A stretch of 64,000 bases of DNA from Candidatus Doudnabacteria bacterium (GCA_963837465.1 CAWINB010000004.1:266853-330852); one strand, 5' to 3'. Positions 49,215-58,900 are shown, numbered from the stretch's first letter. Notes: a model not told the origin generated them from the sequence alone. Numbers and translations: made by a program.

Positions 49215-49380
49215 AAGAAACATTCCAAAAAGTCCATTTCGGCTGTAATCCCATAATTTCGGCTGTTTGTCATAAAAATTTTTTCCGCTTAGCTCTCTGG
49301 CTAAACATCAAAAATTCTTTATGCCAATCGTCACGTAATTCTGGAATTCCATCACGAAAGCGACTTTTCGTACCGTTTCT
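49215..49380. repeat. 166-bp MITE-like intergenic repeat, copy 2
   Basis: About 95% identical to 28860-29025, in the same orientation. Confidence 0.7.
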
Positions 49381-49495
49381 TTGATACCTGTTCGGAAATA
49401 ATTTTAACAGATGTGCCCCAAGTTTACATTAGCTTGGGGCCAGGCCCGAGAGCGAAAGTTTTTTACTTTCGGACCTGTGATTATTAAGCGATGCC

Positions 49496-49912
49496 ATGAA
49501 ACAAAAAATAATATCAAAAATTAAATTTATAAAATACACACTAACTTTGGCGGCCTTGTTTGTTCCTGTTCTGGCTTCGGCCCAAAGCAACGCGGTAACC
49601 GGAGGCCTGCAAAATGCCACGGGCCTGCAGTCACTTTTCGGCACAGGCGGCTTGAATAATTCCCAGAGCTTGAGTGATCTTATAGTTAATGTCGTAAGGT
49701 TACTGCTGACTTTTTCCGGTGTGATAGCCATACTGTTTGTAATCATTGGCGGTTTCCAGTACGTAACCTCCGGCGGTAACGAAGAAACTGCGGAAAAAGG
49801 CAAAAAAACGGTAATCAACGCCATCATCGGCATTATTCTGATAATCCTTTCCTACGTTATTATAAACGTCATTGCCAATACGGTGAGTAGTAATAGTGGG
49901 TATGGGTTTTGA
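49496..49912 (+). CDS. Small secreted protein, paralog 4
   Basis: Signal peptide ..VLASAQ. C-terminal IIGGFQYVTSGGNEETAEKGKKTVINAIIGIILIILSYVI. Confidence 0.6.
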   Translation: MKQKIISKIKFIKYTLTLAALFVPVLASAQSNAVTGGLQNATGLQSLFGTGGLNNSQSLSDLIVNVVRLLLTFSGVIAILFVIIGGFQYVTSGGNEETAEKGKKTVINAIIGIILIILSYVIINVIANTVSSNSGYGF

Positions 49913-49958
49913 TGGGCTTTAATTAATTTTTTACAAAGTATCATCCGCCGGAGCTTTA

Positions 49959-50624
49959 GTGAAGATAAATAAAGACTTTAAAATGTTTCAAATAAATCAA
50001 AATAAAGGTTTTATTTTTCAGTTTTTTGTTTTAACTATTTTAAGCTTGTTGTTTTTTGCTTTTTTTGATACTGCCTTGGCCCAAACGGCTGGTACTGCCA
50101 CGGCAGGCACTCCTTGCGCGGTTGTTGGGACACAAGATATCTGTGGTGCTGGCTTGATATGCTGCCTTGGTACGTCGGGAAGTAATAATACCTGTCAGGC
50201 TGTCCAACAGTGCAATGGCGGGACCAATACACCTACTCCTACTCCTCAAATACCATCTTCCATTACTAACATATCTCCCTTTACAGCACCTTGTCCGCAG
50301 AACTACTCTTTACTTAACGGCCTCTGTCTGCCATCCCAAGCACCTTTTGGAACCACGGGACTTGCTGGCGCTACCAGCCTTTCGGCTCTTTTGGTCTATG
50401 TCATTCAAATCCTTTTAACCTTTGCCGGAGTTTTGGCGGTGTTAATGCTGGTGGTCGGCGGTTACTGGTATATGGCGGCCGGCGGTAATGAGGAACTAGC
50501 GGAAAAAGGAAAGAAAACCATTATCAATTTTGTGCTTGGCTTGGTTATCATTATTATGGCTTACACGCTCGTGGCCATTCTTTCCGGAGCGCTTACGGGT
50601 AATACCGGTTTTCCTAATCTATAG
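49959..50624 (+). CDS. Small secreted protein, paralog 5 (longer Cys/Thr/Pro-rich variable region)
   Basis: Signal peptide ..ALAQ, six Cys in the variable region, C-terminal VVGGYWYMAAGGNEELAEKGKKTIINFVLGLVIIIMAY. Confidence 0.6.
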   Translation: MKINKDFKMFQINQNKGFIFQFFVLTILSLLFFAFFDTALAQTAGTATAGTPCAVVGTQDICGAGLICCLGTSGSNNTCQAVQQCNGGTNTPTPTPQIPSSITNISPFTAPCPQNYSLLNGLCLPSQAPFGTTGLAGATSLSALLVYVIQILLTFAGVLAVLMLVVGGYWYMAAGGNEELAEKGKKTIINFVLGLVIIIMAYTLVAILSGALTGNTGFPNL

Positions 50625-50729
50625 AGAAATATTCAAAGCCGCTTCCTGGATTTTTATTGGAGACGGCTTTTACGTTGCCAGATAGCATATAAAACTGTTA
50701 AAATAAATAAATTGTTTCGGATAACGGCA

Positions 50730-50752
50730 GTGTCAAGGGTGACCCTTGACAC
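50730..50752. repeat. Palindrome gtgtcaagggtgacccttgacac (copy 2), 5 nt upstream of tRNA-Leu
   Basis: Identical to 45103-45125. Confidence 0.65.
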
Positions 50753-50757
50753 TATTT

Positions 50758-50844
50758 GGGGACGTGGCGGAATTGGCATACGCACAGCGCTTAGGACGCT
50801 GCTCCTGAAAAGGATTGTGGGTTCAAATCCCACCGTCCCCACCA
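50758..50844 (+). tRNA. tRNA-Leu (anticodon TAG), long variable arm, CCA encoded
   Basis: Acceptor GGGGACG/CGUCCCC, anticodon loop CUUAGGA, extended variable arm. Confidence 0.8.
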
Positions 50845-50974
50845 TTGAATTAACCACCACCATATAGCAATGGTGATGGTTATCATCAAGCCGGTCAATT
50901 ATCACTCTTGCCAACCTACTGATAATTTAATATACTGTTAGAACTTACAGACTTAATAAACTTATCACAATCAC

Positions 50975-52861
50975 ATGGGAAAAATTGTAAAAAATATTGT
51001 CCTTATTTTAATCGGTTTTCTTATAATCACCGCGATTTTTGCCGCTTTTAGCCAGAACACCAAAGTTACCCCTGTGCCGATTTCCGACATAGCCACCCTA
51101 CTCAGCCAGAACAAAGTGGACACTCTTACGGTTACGGACACCACGGTTACAGCCAAGCTTAAAAATAGCGATACGGAAGACCAGGCCACGGTAATCAGCA
51201 ACACCGACGTAATTAGTTTTTTTAAGGATACCGGAGTATCAGCTGGCAGCCTGATGCCGAATGAGGTAAAAATTGTCTACGACAACGGCAGCACGGCCGC
51301 CGGAATTGCCGACGCTATTCTGCCGTTTTTAATCCCGTTTATTCTGGTTTCTCTGTTTGTTTATTTTATGATGCGCCAGGTTCAGGGCAGCAACAATCGC
51401 GCGCTTAGCTTTGGACAAAGTTCGGTAAAGCTTAACGACGAGCGCAAAAACCGCGTCAAGTTCAGCGATGTTGCGGGCGCCAAAGAAGCCAAGGAAGAGT
51501 TAAAAGAAATAGTGGAATTTTTAAGGTTCCCCCAAAAGTTTTTGTCCTTGGGCGCCAAAATTCCCAAAGGGGTGCTGCTTTTAGGAAGTCCGGGCGTGGG
51601 AAAAACCTTGCTGGCCCGCGCCGTGGCTGGCGAAGCCAACGTGCCGTTTTTTCATATATCCGGTTCGGAATTTGTGGAAATGTTTGTGGGCGTGGGAGCT
51701 TCGCGCGTGCGGGATTTGTTTAAAAAAGCCAAAAAGAACGCTCCCTGCATAATTTTTGTGGATGAAATAGACGCGGTCGGACGCCAGCGCGGAGCGGGCG
51801 TGGGCGGAGGCCATGACGAGCGCGAACAGACGCTGAACCAGATTCTGGTGGAAATGGACGGTTTTGAAACCGATACCAACGTTATTGTTATGGCCGCCAC
51901 CAACAGGCCGGACGTGTTGGACCCGGCTCTTTTGAGACCCGGACGATTTGACCGCCAGGTATTTTTGGACCTGCCGGACATAAAAGACCGCGAAGAAATT
52001 TTAAAAGTCCACTCCAAGAACAAGCCTTTGGCCAAAGATGTCAACTTGCGCAAAATCGCCGAGCGCACGCCGGGTTTTTCCGGCGCCGACCTGGCCAATT
52101 TGATTAACGAAGCCGCTATTTTTGCCGCCAGGCAGGACAAAAAAGAAATTACGGCCTACGAGCTTAAGGAATCCATTGAAAAGGTTATGATGGGACCCCA
52201 GCGCAAAAGTATGGTAATGTCCGCCCAGGAAAAGGAACTGACGGCGTACCATGAGGGCGGCCACGCGCTTATTGGCAGCGTATTGCTATATTCCGATCCG
52301 GTTCACAAAGTATCCGTTATCTCCCGCGGTCGCGCTTTGGGTTACACCATGAAACTGCCGGTGGAAGACAAGCATACCCACACCCGCCAGAGCTTTTTTG
52401 ACGAAATCGCGGCTTTGCTGGGAGGTTACGCCGCGGAAAAATTGGTGTTCAATGAACTGACCACCGGCGCCTCCAATGACCTGAAAGTTGCCACCGGCAT
52501 GGCCAGGAAGCTGGTTATGAATTACGGCATGAGCGAGGAGATTGGGCCTATTGCCCTGGGCGAACAGCATGACATGGTATTTTTGGGCAGGGAAATCTCC
52601 GAACAGAGAAACTACAGCGAATCCGTGGCTAAAACCATAGACGAGGAAGTTTCCAAGATTATGAAAGCCGGACTTTCCCGCGCCACCGAACTTTTAATCA
52701 AATACAAAAGCTATTTGGATATCATAGCTCAAAGGCTGGTTAAAGAAGAAACTTTGGAGCAGGAACAGTTTTATGAGATTGTTAAAGATATCATTCCGGC
52801 CGGAAAAAAGACCGTCCCGGAGTTTGACGTTACGGAAGCTCCGGCCCCAAACCCGCTATGA
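50975..52861 (+). CDS. ftsH: ATP-dependent zinc metalloprotease FtsH
   Basis: Walker [12 protein letters not shown] region, and the zinc-binding motif HEGGHAL. Confidence 0.95.
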   Translation: MGKIVKNIVLILIGFLIITAIFAAFSQNTKVTPVPISDIATLLSQNKVDTLTVTDTTVTAKLKNSDTEDQATVISNTDVISFFKDTGVSAGSLMPNEVKIVYDNGSTAAGIADAILPFLIPFILVSLFVYFMMRQVQGSNNRALSFGQSSVKLNDERKNRVKFSDVAGAKEAKEELKEIVEFLRFPQKFLSLGAKIPKGVLLLGSPGVGKTLLARAVAGEANVPFFHISGSEFVEMFVGVGASRVRDLFKKAKKNAPCIIFVDEIDAVGRQRGAGVGGGHDEREQTLNQILVEMDGFETDTNVIVMAATNRPDVLDPALLRPGRFDRQVFLDLPDIKDREEILKVHSKNKPLAKDVNLRKIAERTPGFSGADLANLINEAAIFAARQDKKEITAYELKESIEKVMMGPQRKSMVMSAQEKELTAYHEGGHALIGSVLLYSDPVHKVSVISRGRALGYTMKLPVEDKHTHTRQSFFDEIAALLGGYAAEKLVFNELTTGASNDLKVATGMARKLVMNYGMSEEIGPIALGEQHDMVFLGREISEQRNYSESVAKTIDEEVSKIMKAGLSRATELLIKYKSYLDIIAQRLVKEETLEQEQFYEIVKDIIPAGKKTVPEFDVTEAPAPNPL

Positions 52862-52889
52862 GCCTGGTTAATAATATCTCGGAGTTGGT

Positions 52890-53651
52890 ATGCCCAAATT
52901 GCGACAAATCGCCTATGACTCATTCGTGTCCACCGGCTGTTACCCGCGTCGGTGGACTTTGGCATTAATCCAGGTAATTGCTTTTTCCTTAGTCGGCGAG
53001 CTGGCCCGTCCCCGCTGGTTGGTCTCTCCTTTTTTATTCTGGCTTTTAGCCGGGGCTGCGGTGCTTGGGCCCGTAACGGCCCGGCTTTGGCTGGAAATAG
53101 AAGCCGCGGAATCAAAAGTTCCAAAGCCTGTGCCGGCAAATATTTTTATTCAAAGCTGCGCCACCGCGACTGCTGTTATATTTTGCTCTGTCGGACTCAG
53201 TATAGCCGCCCGTTTTGTTGACGGGACTTGGATTTTTTTGGCCCTTGTTTCCAGCCTGATTGCCGCCACCGCGACTCTGGCAATGCTTTACGCGGTTTTA
53301 TGCGCCCAGCCGTTTGACAGGTCTTTAGCCCTGGCTTTATCAACCTGGAACAAAAAAATTTCCCTGGCCGCGGCCGCGGCCTTTATTCTGATACTGGCGC
53401 AGGGCGTTAGTTTTGCCCTGGTCCACGGGGTGTTTCTAAACTTCCTTTCTTTGTCAGGGTTTTCAGTTTTTACCCATTCTGCTACAATATGGGTATTGCT
53501 TTTAGCCTTGGTTTTTGTTGTTGTTTTGGCCGCGGCTTTTTTAAACTGTTTTTTGGTGCTTTTGTTCCTGGAAACCATCAGGAGGGAAAAAGAACCGGAA
53601 AGCCTGAAAAATGACGTTGTTAAACTGGTGGCATTGGAAGCTGAAAGGTGA
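52890..53651 (+). CDS. Hypothetical polytopic membrane protein
   Basis: Six or seven hydrophobic helices. No motif recognised. Confidence 0.45.
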   Translation: MPKLRQIAYDSFVSTGCYPRRWTLALIQVIAFSLVGELARPRWLVSPFLFWLLAGAAVLGPVTARLWLEIEAAESKVPKPVPANIFIQSCATATAVIFCSVGLSIAARFVDGTWIFLALVSSLIAATATLAMLYAVLCAQPFDRSLALALSTWNKKISLAAAAAFILILAQGVSFALVHGVFLNFLSLSGFSVFTHSATIWVLLLALVFVVVLAAAFLNCFLVLLFLETIRREKEPESLKNDVVKLVALEAER

Positions 53652-53667
53652 TTTTGCGATAAACCCC

Positions 53668-53744
53668 GGACGCGTAGCTCAGTTGGTTAGAGCGACTCGT
53701 TGACGTCGAGTAGGTCCCCCGTTCGAATCGGGCCGCGTCCACCA
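53668..53744 (+). tRNA. tRNA-Val (anticodon GAC), CCA encoded
   Basis: Acceptor GGACGCG/CGCGUCC, anticodon loop UUGACGU. Confidence 0.8.
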
Positions 53745-53834
53745 TAGAAATAATTAATCATTGACAATTGACTTTTAACTGTTGCTTCCGTTCCGCAGCC
53801 GTCAAAGGTCAAATGTCAAAAGTAAAATCTACTT

Positions 53835-54530
53835 TTGATGCCATCTTTAGACCAGAAAGAGCTGGAAAAAATCCTCGGGCTTAAACTTAATAACCCGGAC
53901 ATTTACCTTTCCGCGTTTACCCACCGGTCCTACCTCAACGAGAACCGCGGTTTCCACCTGCCCCATAACGAACGCCTGGAGTTTTTAGGCGACGCGGTTT
54001 TGGAACTTGCGGCCACGGAATACCTATATCGTAACTACCCCCATCCGGAAGGGGAGCTGACCAACTTTAGGAGCGCGCTGGTCAATTATAAAATGCTCAG
54101 CCTGATTGCTTCACGCCTTGGATTTGAAAAATTTTTATTGATGTCGCGCGGCGAAGCCAGGGATACCGGCCGCGCCAGGCAGGTAATTTTAGCCAACTGC
54201 ATAGAGGCGGTGCTTGGGGCAATGTATCTGGATGCCGGCTACCAGGAGACCACCAACTTTATCGCCAGGGAAATTCTGGTGGAATTGCCGGCGATTATTA
54301 CCGGCGGCAGTTATATGGATGCCAAATCCAAACTTCAGGAGTTAGTACAGGAAAAACGCGGCATAACCCCAACTTACGGAGTAGTTTCCGAAACCGGCCC
54401 GGATCATAATAAGTTATTTGTAGTAGCCGCCTTAGTCGGCCAAACCGAAGTCGGCCGCGGCCAGGGACCAAGTAAGCAGGAAGCGGAACTTGCGGCGGCG
54501 GAAAACGCATTGAAAAATAATAATTTTTAA
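53835..54530 (+). CDS. rnc: Ribonuclease III
   Basis: The RNase III signature ERLEFLGDAVLEL, and a C-terminal dsRBD. Confidence 0.9.
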   Translation: MMPSLDQKELEKILGLKLNNPDIYLSAFTHRSYLNENRGFHLPHNERLEFLGDAVLELAATEYLYRNYPHPEGELTNFRSALVNYKMLSLIASRLGFEKFLLMSRGEARDTGRARQVILANCIEAVLGAMYLDAGYQETTNFIAREILVELPAIITGGSYMDAKSKLQELVQEKRGITPTYGVVSETGPDHNKLFVVAALVGQTEVGRGQGPSKQEAELAAAENALKNNNF

Positions 54531-54704
54531 GTGAAGTTTTATAAAACAAAAATAGAAATATTAGCCGGTACCGATTATAGAGAAATTTATACTAAGGCCA
54601 AAGCCATATTTTTGCAAATTTAAAAAGAAAAGCAAGCGCGAGCCTTATGTAAGGTCGGCCTACTTTAACGGCGATAAAATATTTTAGATTATTTTTGGGA
54701 ACAT

Positions 54705-54938
54705 TTGCACCAGAACAATTCAGCTGACAGGTTCAGAAGGCTAAAATTTTACCAGTGCGCATTGGAATTAATAAAGAATAATAAAAACGATCCTATAACG
54801 GTTCAAAATCCCAATCGTCCGAATGAGGTTTTCCACAGGTTTTTTGGCAGAAGCGCCGATGGACAAGAATTTATAACCCAAATTAAAGAAAATAAAAGAA
54901 CAGATCAAAAGTTTTTTATATCAGTTTTTCCAAAATAA
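54705..54938 (+). CDS. Hypothetical small protein
   Basis: 77-aa ORF only. Confidence 0.25.
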   Translation: MHQNNSADRFRRLKFYQCALELIKNNKNDPITVQNPNRPNEVFHRFFGRSADGQEFITQIKENKRTDQKFFISVFPK

Positions 54939-55081
54939 AAAAACCCTCCGCCAATTGTAATCACAGTAACTGTGAGTCACGGCCGAAAGCTTTTTCGCAA
55001 AGTCCTCCGCAAGTGTGGTGCAAAAACCACGGGGTTGAGAATTTATAGTATAATTTTAACAAGAAATAAGTATTTGTCAAT

Positions 55082-57709
55082 ATGTACCTGAAACGCCTGG
55101 AAATCCACGGATTTAAATCTTTCGCCCAAAAAACCACTATGGAGTTCAGTAGCGGCGTTATTGCTATTGTTGGGCCCAACGGTAGCGGTAAGTCCAATGT
55201 GGCGGATTCCCTAAGGTGGGTTTTGGGCGAACAGAGCCCCAAAATAATCCGCGGCAAAAAAAGCGACGATGTAATTTTCGCCGGCAGTGATAAAAAGACC
55301 CGGCAGGGTTTTGCCGAAGTCACCGCGACTTTTGATAACAGCGATAACCGCATTCCGGTGGATGCCTCCGAAGTCAGCATCGGCCGCAGGATTGACAGGA
55401 GCGGTGAAAGCGAATATTTGCTCAACGGCAATAAAGTAAGGCTTTTGGATATTGTGGATTTGGTTTTAAAAAGCAATATTGGAACTTCCAGGTACACTGT
55501 TATCGGCCAGGGCACCATTGACCAGATGATTTTGCAGGGACCGGGCGAAATTAAAAATTTGCTGGACGAGGCCAGCGGAGTAAAAAGCTATTACCTCAAG
55601 CGCGAAAAAACTTTAAGACGTTTGGAGCAGACAGCGCAAAATTTAATGCGCGCCGAAGACCTTATCGCGGAAATAGAACCGAGGCTGAAATCTTTAAGGA
55701 GACAGGCAAAAAAAATGGAAGCGCGGGCCGAAGTTGAACAGGAGCTGAAAATTTACCAGCGGGAATTTTTTAGCGGCGCTTTTTGGCAGCTTAGGCACGG
55801 CTTGGATGGCATTTTAACGCAGCTGCAGTATACCGGCCGGCAAAAGAAAGTTTTGGAAGACCGGTCCGCGGTTTTGCGCGGGCAGGCGGAAGTTTTGGAA
55901 TCTGGAGTTCAGCAGGGCGGGGGGAAGTTTGACGCGGTTCAGGAAGAAATGGCTAAACTGCAAAGCCAAAAGAATAAGCTGTTGGAGGATTTAAGCTTGG
56001 TCCGCGGCAAAATGCAAAGCCAAAAGACCGCGGTTTCCGGCGACGCCCAAAGCCTGCAGGTTGAGGCGCACACAGCCGCCGGAAAAATTGAAGAAGTAAC
56101 GGCCAAAATCCTGCAAATTCAGGCAGAACATCAGCAAGCAGAAAAAGGTTTTGTAGCCCAGTTTCAGTTTCTGGAAGCGGTCAACAAAAAGCTTGATGAG
56201 TTGTCGCAAAAGTTAAGCCAGCCGACGCAAATTGACTGGAGCGTTTTGGGTAGAGAGCTGGAGGTTTTGGAAAATATCTGGAATGATTTTTATAACAATC
56301 TTCCCGCGGCCCAAAATCTGGACGAAATAAAATTAAAAGCCCGGGGTTTAAACAGCGGGTTTTTAAAGTTTAAGACCGCGGCCAAAGCGGCGGTTTTGGA
56401 CCCCCAGGCCGGAATGCTTATAATAAAACAGGAATTGGACGGTTTGTTTAAGCAAAAGGAGCAGTTAAGCGGCGCCGTTAACGCGGCACAGCTTGATATG
56501 AGCAAAAACAAAATCGCGCTGGATTTTTCCCAAAGGGAGCTTTCGGGCCTGCGGCAGCAAAAATTCCACCTGGATTTGGAACTGAAAAAAGCCCAAAGCA
56601 GTTCGCCGGATGAATTTTGGAATGATCTTTTAAGCGAGGAGCAAAAAATAAAAATTTTGGTTGACGCTTTGGGCGCGGAAATAATCAAAGTGGAAAATAT
56701 TTTAAGGGAATATTACGCTTCGGAAGACGCCAGACAGAAAATCCTGCGTGAAACCGAAAATTCATTCAGGGATTTGCAGGACCAGCTTTCCGGGGTCAAA
56801 GACCGGGAATCGTTAATTAATATAGAAAAGGCCAAAATTGACACCCAAATGCAGGTCTTGGCCGAGGAAGTAAAAAGAATTTTGGGCGAGCGGGAGTGGC
56901 AGGGTTTTGCCGACATTAAAATGGAAAACCAAACCGCGGATTTGGAAGCCAAAATTATGCGGCTGAAAAACCAGCTGGATACCATCGGCGGAATGGATGA
57001 CTTAACCTTAAAGGAGTATCAGGAAACCGAGGCGCGGCATACCAATTTGAGCGCTCAGGTTAACGATTTAAAGCAGGGGGTCACGGACTTGCAGCAAATT
57101 ATAGACGAATTGGACGGCCACATAAAGCAAAGGTTTAACGAGTCTTTCCATAAGATTAACGAAAAATTTGAATTTTATTTCCGGGTGTTATTCAACGGCG
57201 GGCGGGCGTACTTAAGCCCGGTAAAAAATGAGGAAGACGAGTCGATTTCTGCCGAATCCACCGAAGACGCATCGGAGAGCGCGGTCAATGAATCGGAAAC
57301 ATTAAGACCCGAAGAAAAATTATTACAAAAATACGGCAAGGCTTCTTCCGGTATTACTGGCATAGATATTAAAGCCACGCCGCCGGGCAAAAAGCTGGCC
57401 AGCATCCAGGCGCTGAGCGGCGGCGAACGGGCTCTTACTTCCATAGCCCTGTTGTGCGCTTTGCTGTCCTGCTTTCCCTCTCCTTTTGTGGTCCTAGACG
57501 AAGTTGACGCGGCTTTGGACGACGCCAACACCATACGTTTTGGCCAAATCCTGGGAACTCTTGCCCACCAAACCCAATTTGTTACCATTACCCACAACCG
57601 CGAAACCATGTCCCAGGCCAATATTTTGTATGGGGTAACTATGGGGGATGATGGGGTATCTAAGCTGTTGTCGGTTAAACTTGAGCAGGCGAAGGAGTTT
57701 GCTAAATAA
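55082..57709 (+). CDS. smc: SMC-family chromosome segregation ATPase (short, 875 aa)
   Basis: N-terminal Walker A GPNGSGKSN. C-terminal signature LSGGERALTSIAL with D-loop VLDEVDAALD. Long coiled coils. Confidence 0.8.
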   Translation: MYLKRLEIHGFKSFAQKTTMEFSSGVIAIVGPNGSGKSNVADSLRWVLGEQSPKIIRGKKSDDVIFAGSDKKTRQGFAEVTATFDNSDNRIPVDASEVSIGRRIDRSGESEYLLNGNKVRLLDIVDLVLKSNIGTSRYTVIGQGTIDQMILQGPGEIKNLLDEASGVKSYYLKREKTLRRLEQTAQNLMRAEDLIAEIEPRLKSLRRQAKKMEARAEVEQELKIYQREFFSGAFWQLRHGLDGILTQLQYTGRQKKVLEDRSAVLRGQAEVLESGVQQGGGKFDAVQEEMAKLQSQKNKLLEDLSLVRGKMQSQKTAVSGDAQSLQVEAHTAAGKIEEVTAKILQIQAEHQQAEKGFVAQFQFLEAVNKKLDELSQKLSQPTQIDWSVLGRELEVLENIWNDFYNNLPAAQNLDEIKLKARGLNSGFLKFKTAAKAAVLDPQAGMLIIKQELDGLFKQKEQLSGAVNAAQLDMSKNKIALDFSQRELSGLRQQKFHLDLELKKAQSSSPDEFWNDLLSEEQKIKILVDALGAEIIKVENILREYYASEDARQKILRETENSFRDLQDQLSGVKDRESLINIEKAKIDTQMQVLAEEVKRILGEREWQGFADIKMENQTADLEAKIMRLKNQLDTIGGMDDLTLKEYQETEARHTNLSAQVNDLKQGVTDLQQIIDELDGHIKQRFNESFHKINEKFEFYFRVLFNGGRAYLSPVKNEEDESISAESTEDASESAVNESETLRPEEKLLQKYGKASSGITGIDIKATPPGKKLASIQALSGGERALTSIALLCALLSCFPSPFVVLDEVDAALDDANTIRFGQILGTLAHQTQFVTITHNRETMSQANILYGVTMGDDGVSKLLSVKLEQAKEFAK

Positions 57710-57810
57710 ATTTCAAATATCAAATTACAAATTTCAAATGTCCGGTGACGGTGTTTGAAATTTTACTGATTGGATTTCATTTGAAATTTGGTATTTGTAA
57801 TTTGATATTT
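57708..57810. repeat. Long AT-rich inverted repeat (about 33-bp arms) between smc and dedA, built from tttcaaat/caaattacaaat units
   Basis: aaatttcaaatatcaaattacaaatttcaaatg ... catttgaaatttggtatttgtaatttgatattt. It probably acts as a bidirectional terminator. Confidence 0.6.
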
Positions 57811-57812
57811 TT

Positions 57813-58421
57813 ATGTCTGCTCTCCTTTCTTCTCTCACCAACATCATTATCCATATAATCTCCACCCTTGGTTATGCCGGCGTGGGTTTTTTAATGGCCC
57901 TGCAGACCGTGGCCGTTCCAATTCCGAGTGAAGTTATTTTGCCTTTCGCGGGTTTTTTGGCCGGAACCGGCAGGTTTAATATTTTTATTATCGCGATTGT
58001 CGGCGGACTGGGCAGCTGCATCGGCTCATCGGTTGCTTATTATATTGGCGATTTTGGCGGCCGACCCCTGGTTGCAAAGTACGGAAAATATCTTTTAATT
58101 TTGCACGGCGATTTAAGCCTGGCGGAAAAGTTTTTTACAAAGTTTGACGCAGAAGCCGCCTTTTTTGGCCAGCTACTGCCCATTGTCCGCAGCTTCATAG
58201 GCTTTGCCGCGGGTATAACCAAAGCTCCCTTTAAAAAGTTTTTAGTATACGTGCTTTTGGGTTCCTTTTTGTGGAGCCTTGGGCTTGCTTATTTGGGAGA
58301 GAAATTGGGACAGAATTGGGAAAGTTTACATAGTAAATTCCAGCATTTGGATTTAGCTGTAATTTTTTTAATTGTCATCGGCCTAATATTTTGGATTTAC
58401 CGCCACAGCAAGAGACCATAA
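57813..58421 (+). CDS. DedA-family membrane protein (VTT domain)
   Basis: LPFAGFLAGTG and GRPLVAKYGKYL fit the DedA/SNARE-associated pattern. Confidence 0.75.
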   Translation: MSALLSSLTNIIIHIISTLGYAGVGFLMALQTVAVPIPSEVILPFAGFLAGTGRFNIFIIAIVGGLGSCIGSSVAYYIGDFGGRPLVAKYGKYLLILHGDLSLAEKFFTKFDAEAAFFGQLLPIVRSFIGFAAGITKAPFKKFLVYVLLGSFLWSLGLAYLGEKLGQNWESLHSKFQHLDLAVIFLIVIGLIFWIYRHSKRP

Positions 58422-58459
58422 TACTTTTGAGCGGCCGTCCAAAAGTATTATGGTATTTT
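58416..58459 (+). terminator. Rho-independent terminator after the DedA gene
   Basis: Perfect 14-bp stem ccataatacttttg/caaaagtattatgg with a 10-nt loop, followed by tatttt. Confidence 0.7.
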
Positions 58460-58465
58460 AGTTAA

Positions 58466-58900
58466 AAGAAAAAGACCTGGGCATTTAGCTCAGGCCTGAT
58501 CCGTGACACCCGATTGTGCCACGGAAGATAATGGCAAGCTTTCATGCAAGTTGATCCAAGAGGCATTTAACGGTAAGACTTCTGGAAATCATAGCCGGTC
58601 TTTGCAGGGCGATCTCGTGGACTACGGCGAAGTTAGTTATGATTTCGTCAGTGGAATATCCAATCACACTGTCCGGAGAGAGAGTCAATAAGGGTTTTGT
58701 GGTAGCGTGCAGATCTATCGGCGTCAAAGAATCTGTGATCGCCCATAAATAGGCACACTACACGGCGATGTTCTGGCGGTTGACGATCAATCGGCTAAAT
58801 GCTAGAATATCAGCACGCTCAAGTAGTTATTTAAATGGATTTAAAGATTCTCTGAGTTTGCTGCTTAAGAGATTTTAATTCATTTACGACAATATCTTAA
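58466..58900 (-). ncRNA. Candidate minus-strand non-coding RNA of about 400 nt, unknown class, ending at a hairpin plus U-run
   Basis: A 480-bp gap with no credible ORF. The minus strand ends with a cctgagc..gcccagg hairpin followed by UCUUUUUCUUUU. Long-range complementarity (GGGCGAUC/GAUCGCCC) is present. Confidence 0.25.

Noticed and set aside
55082-57709. The 875-aa SMC as a RecN or RecF-like protein instead.
   Set aside because: Its length, the long coiled coils between the Walker A head and the LSGGE signature, and the D-loop fit SMC better than RecN (about 550 aa). The hinge could not be verified by eye, so the short length is noted but not reinterpreted.
58466-58900. Calling the region RNase P RNA.
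   Set aside because: The universally conserved P4 sequences (GGAAAGUCCGGGC / ACAGAACCCGGCUUA) were not found on either strand. Only a partial AGCCGGUC-like match exists.
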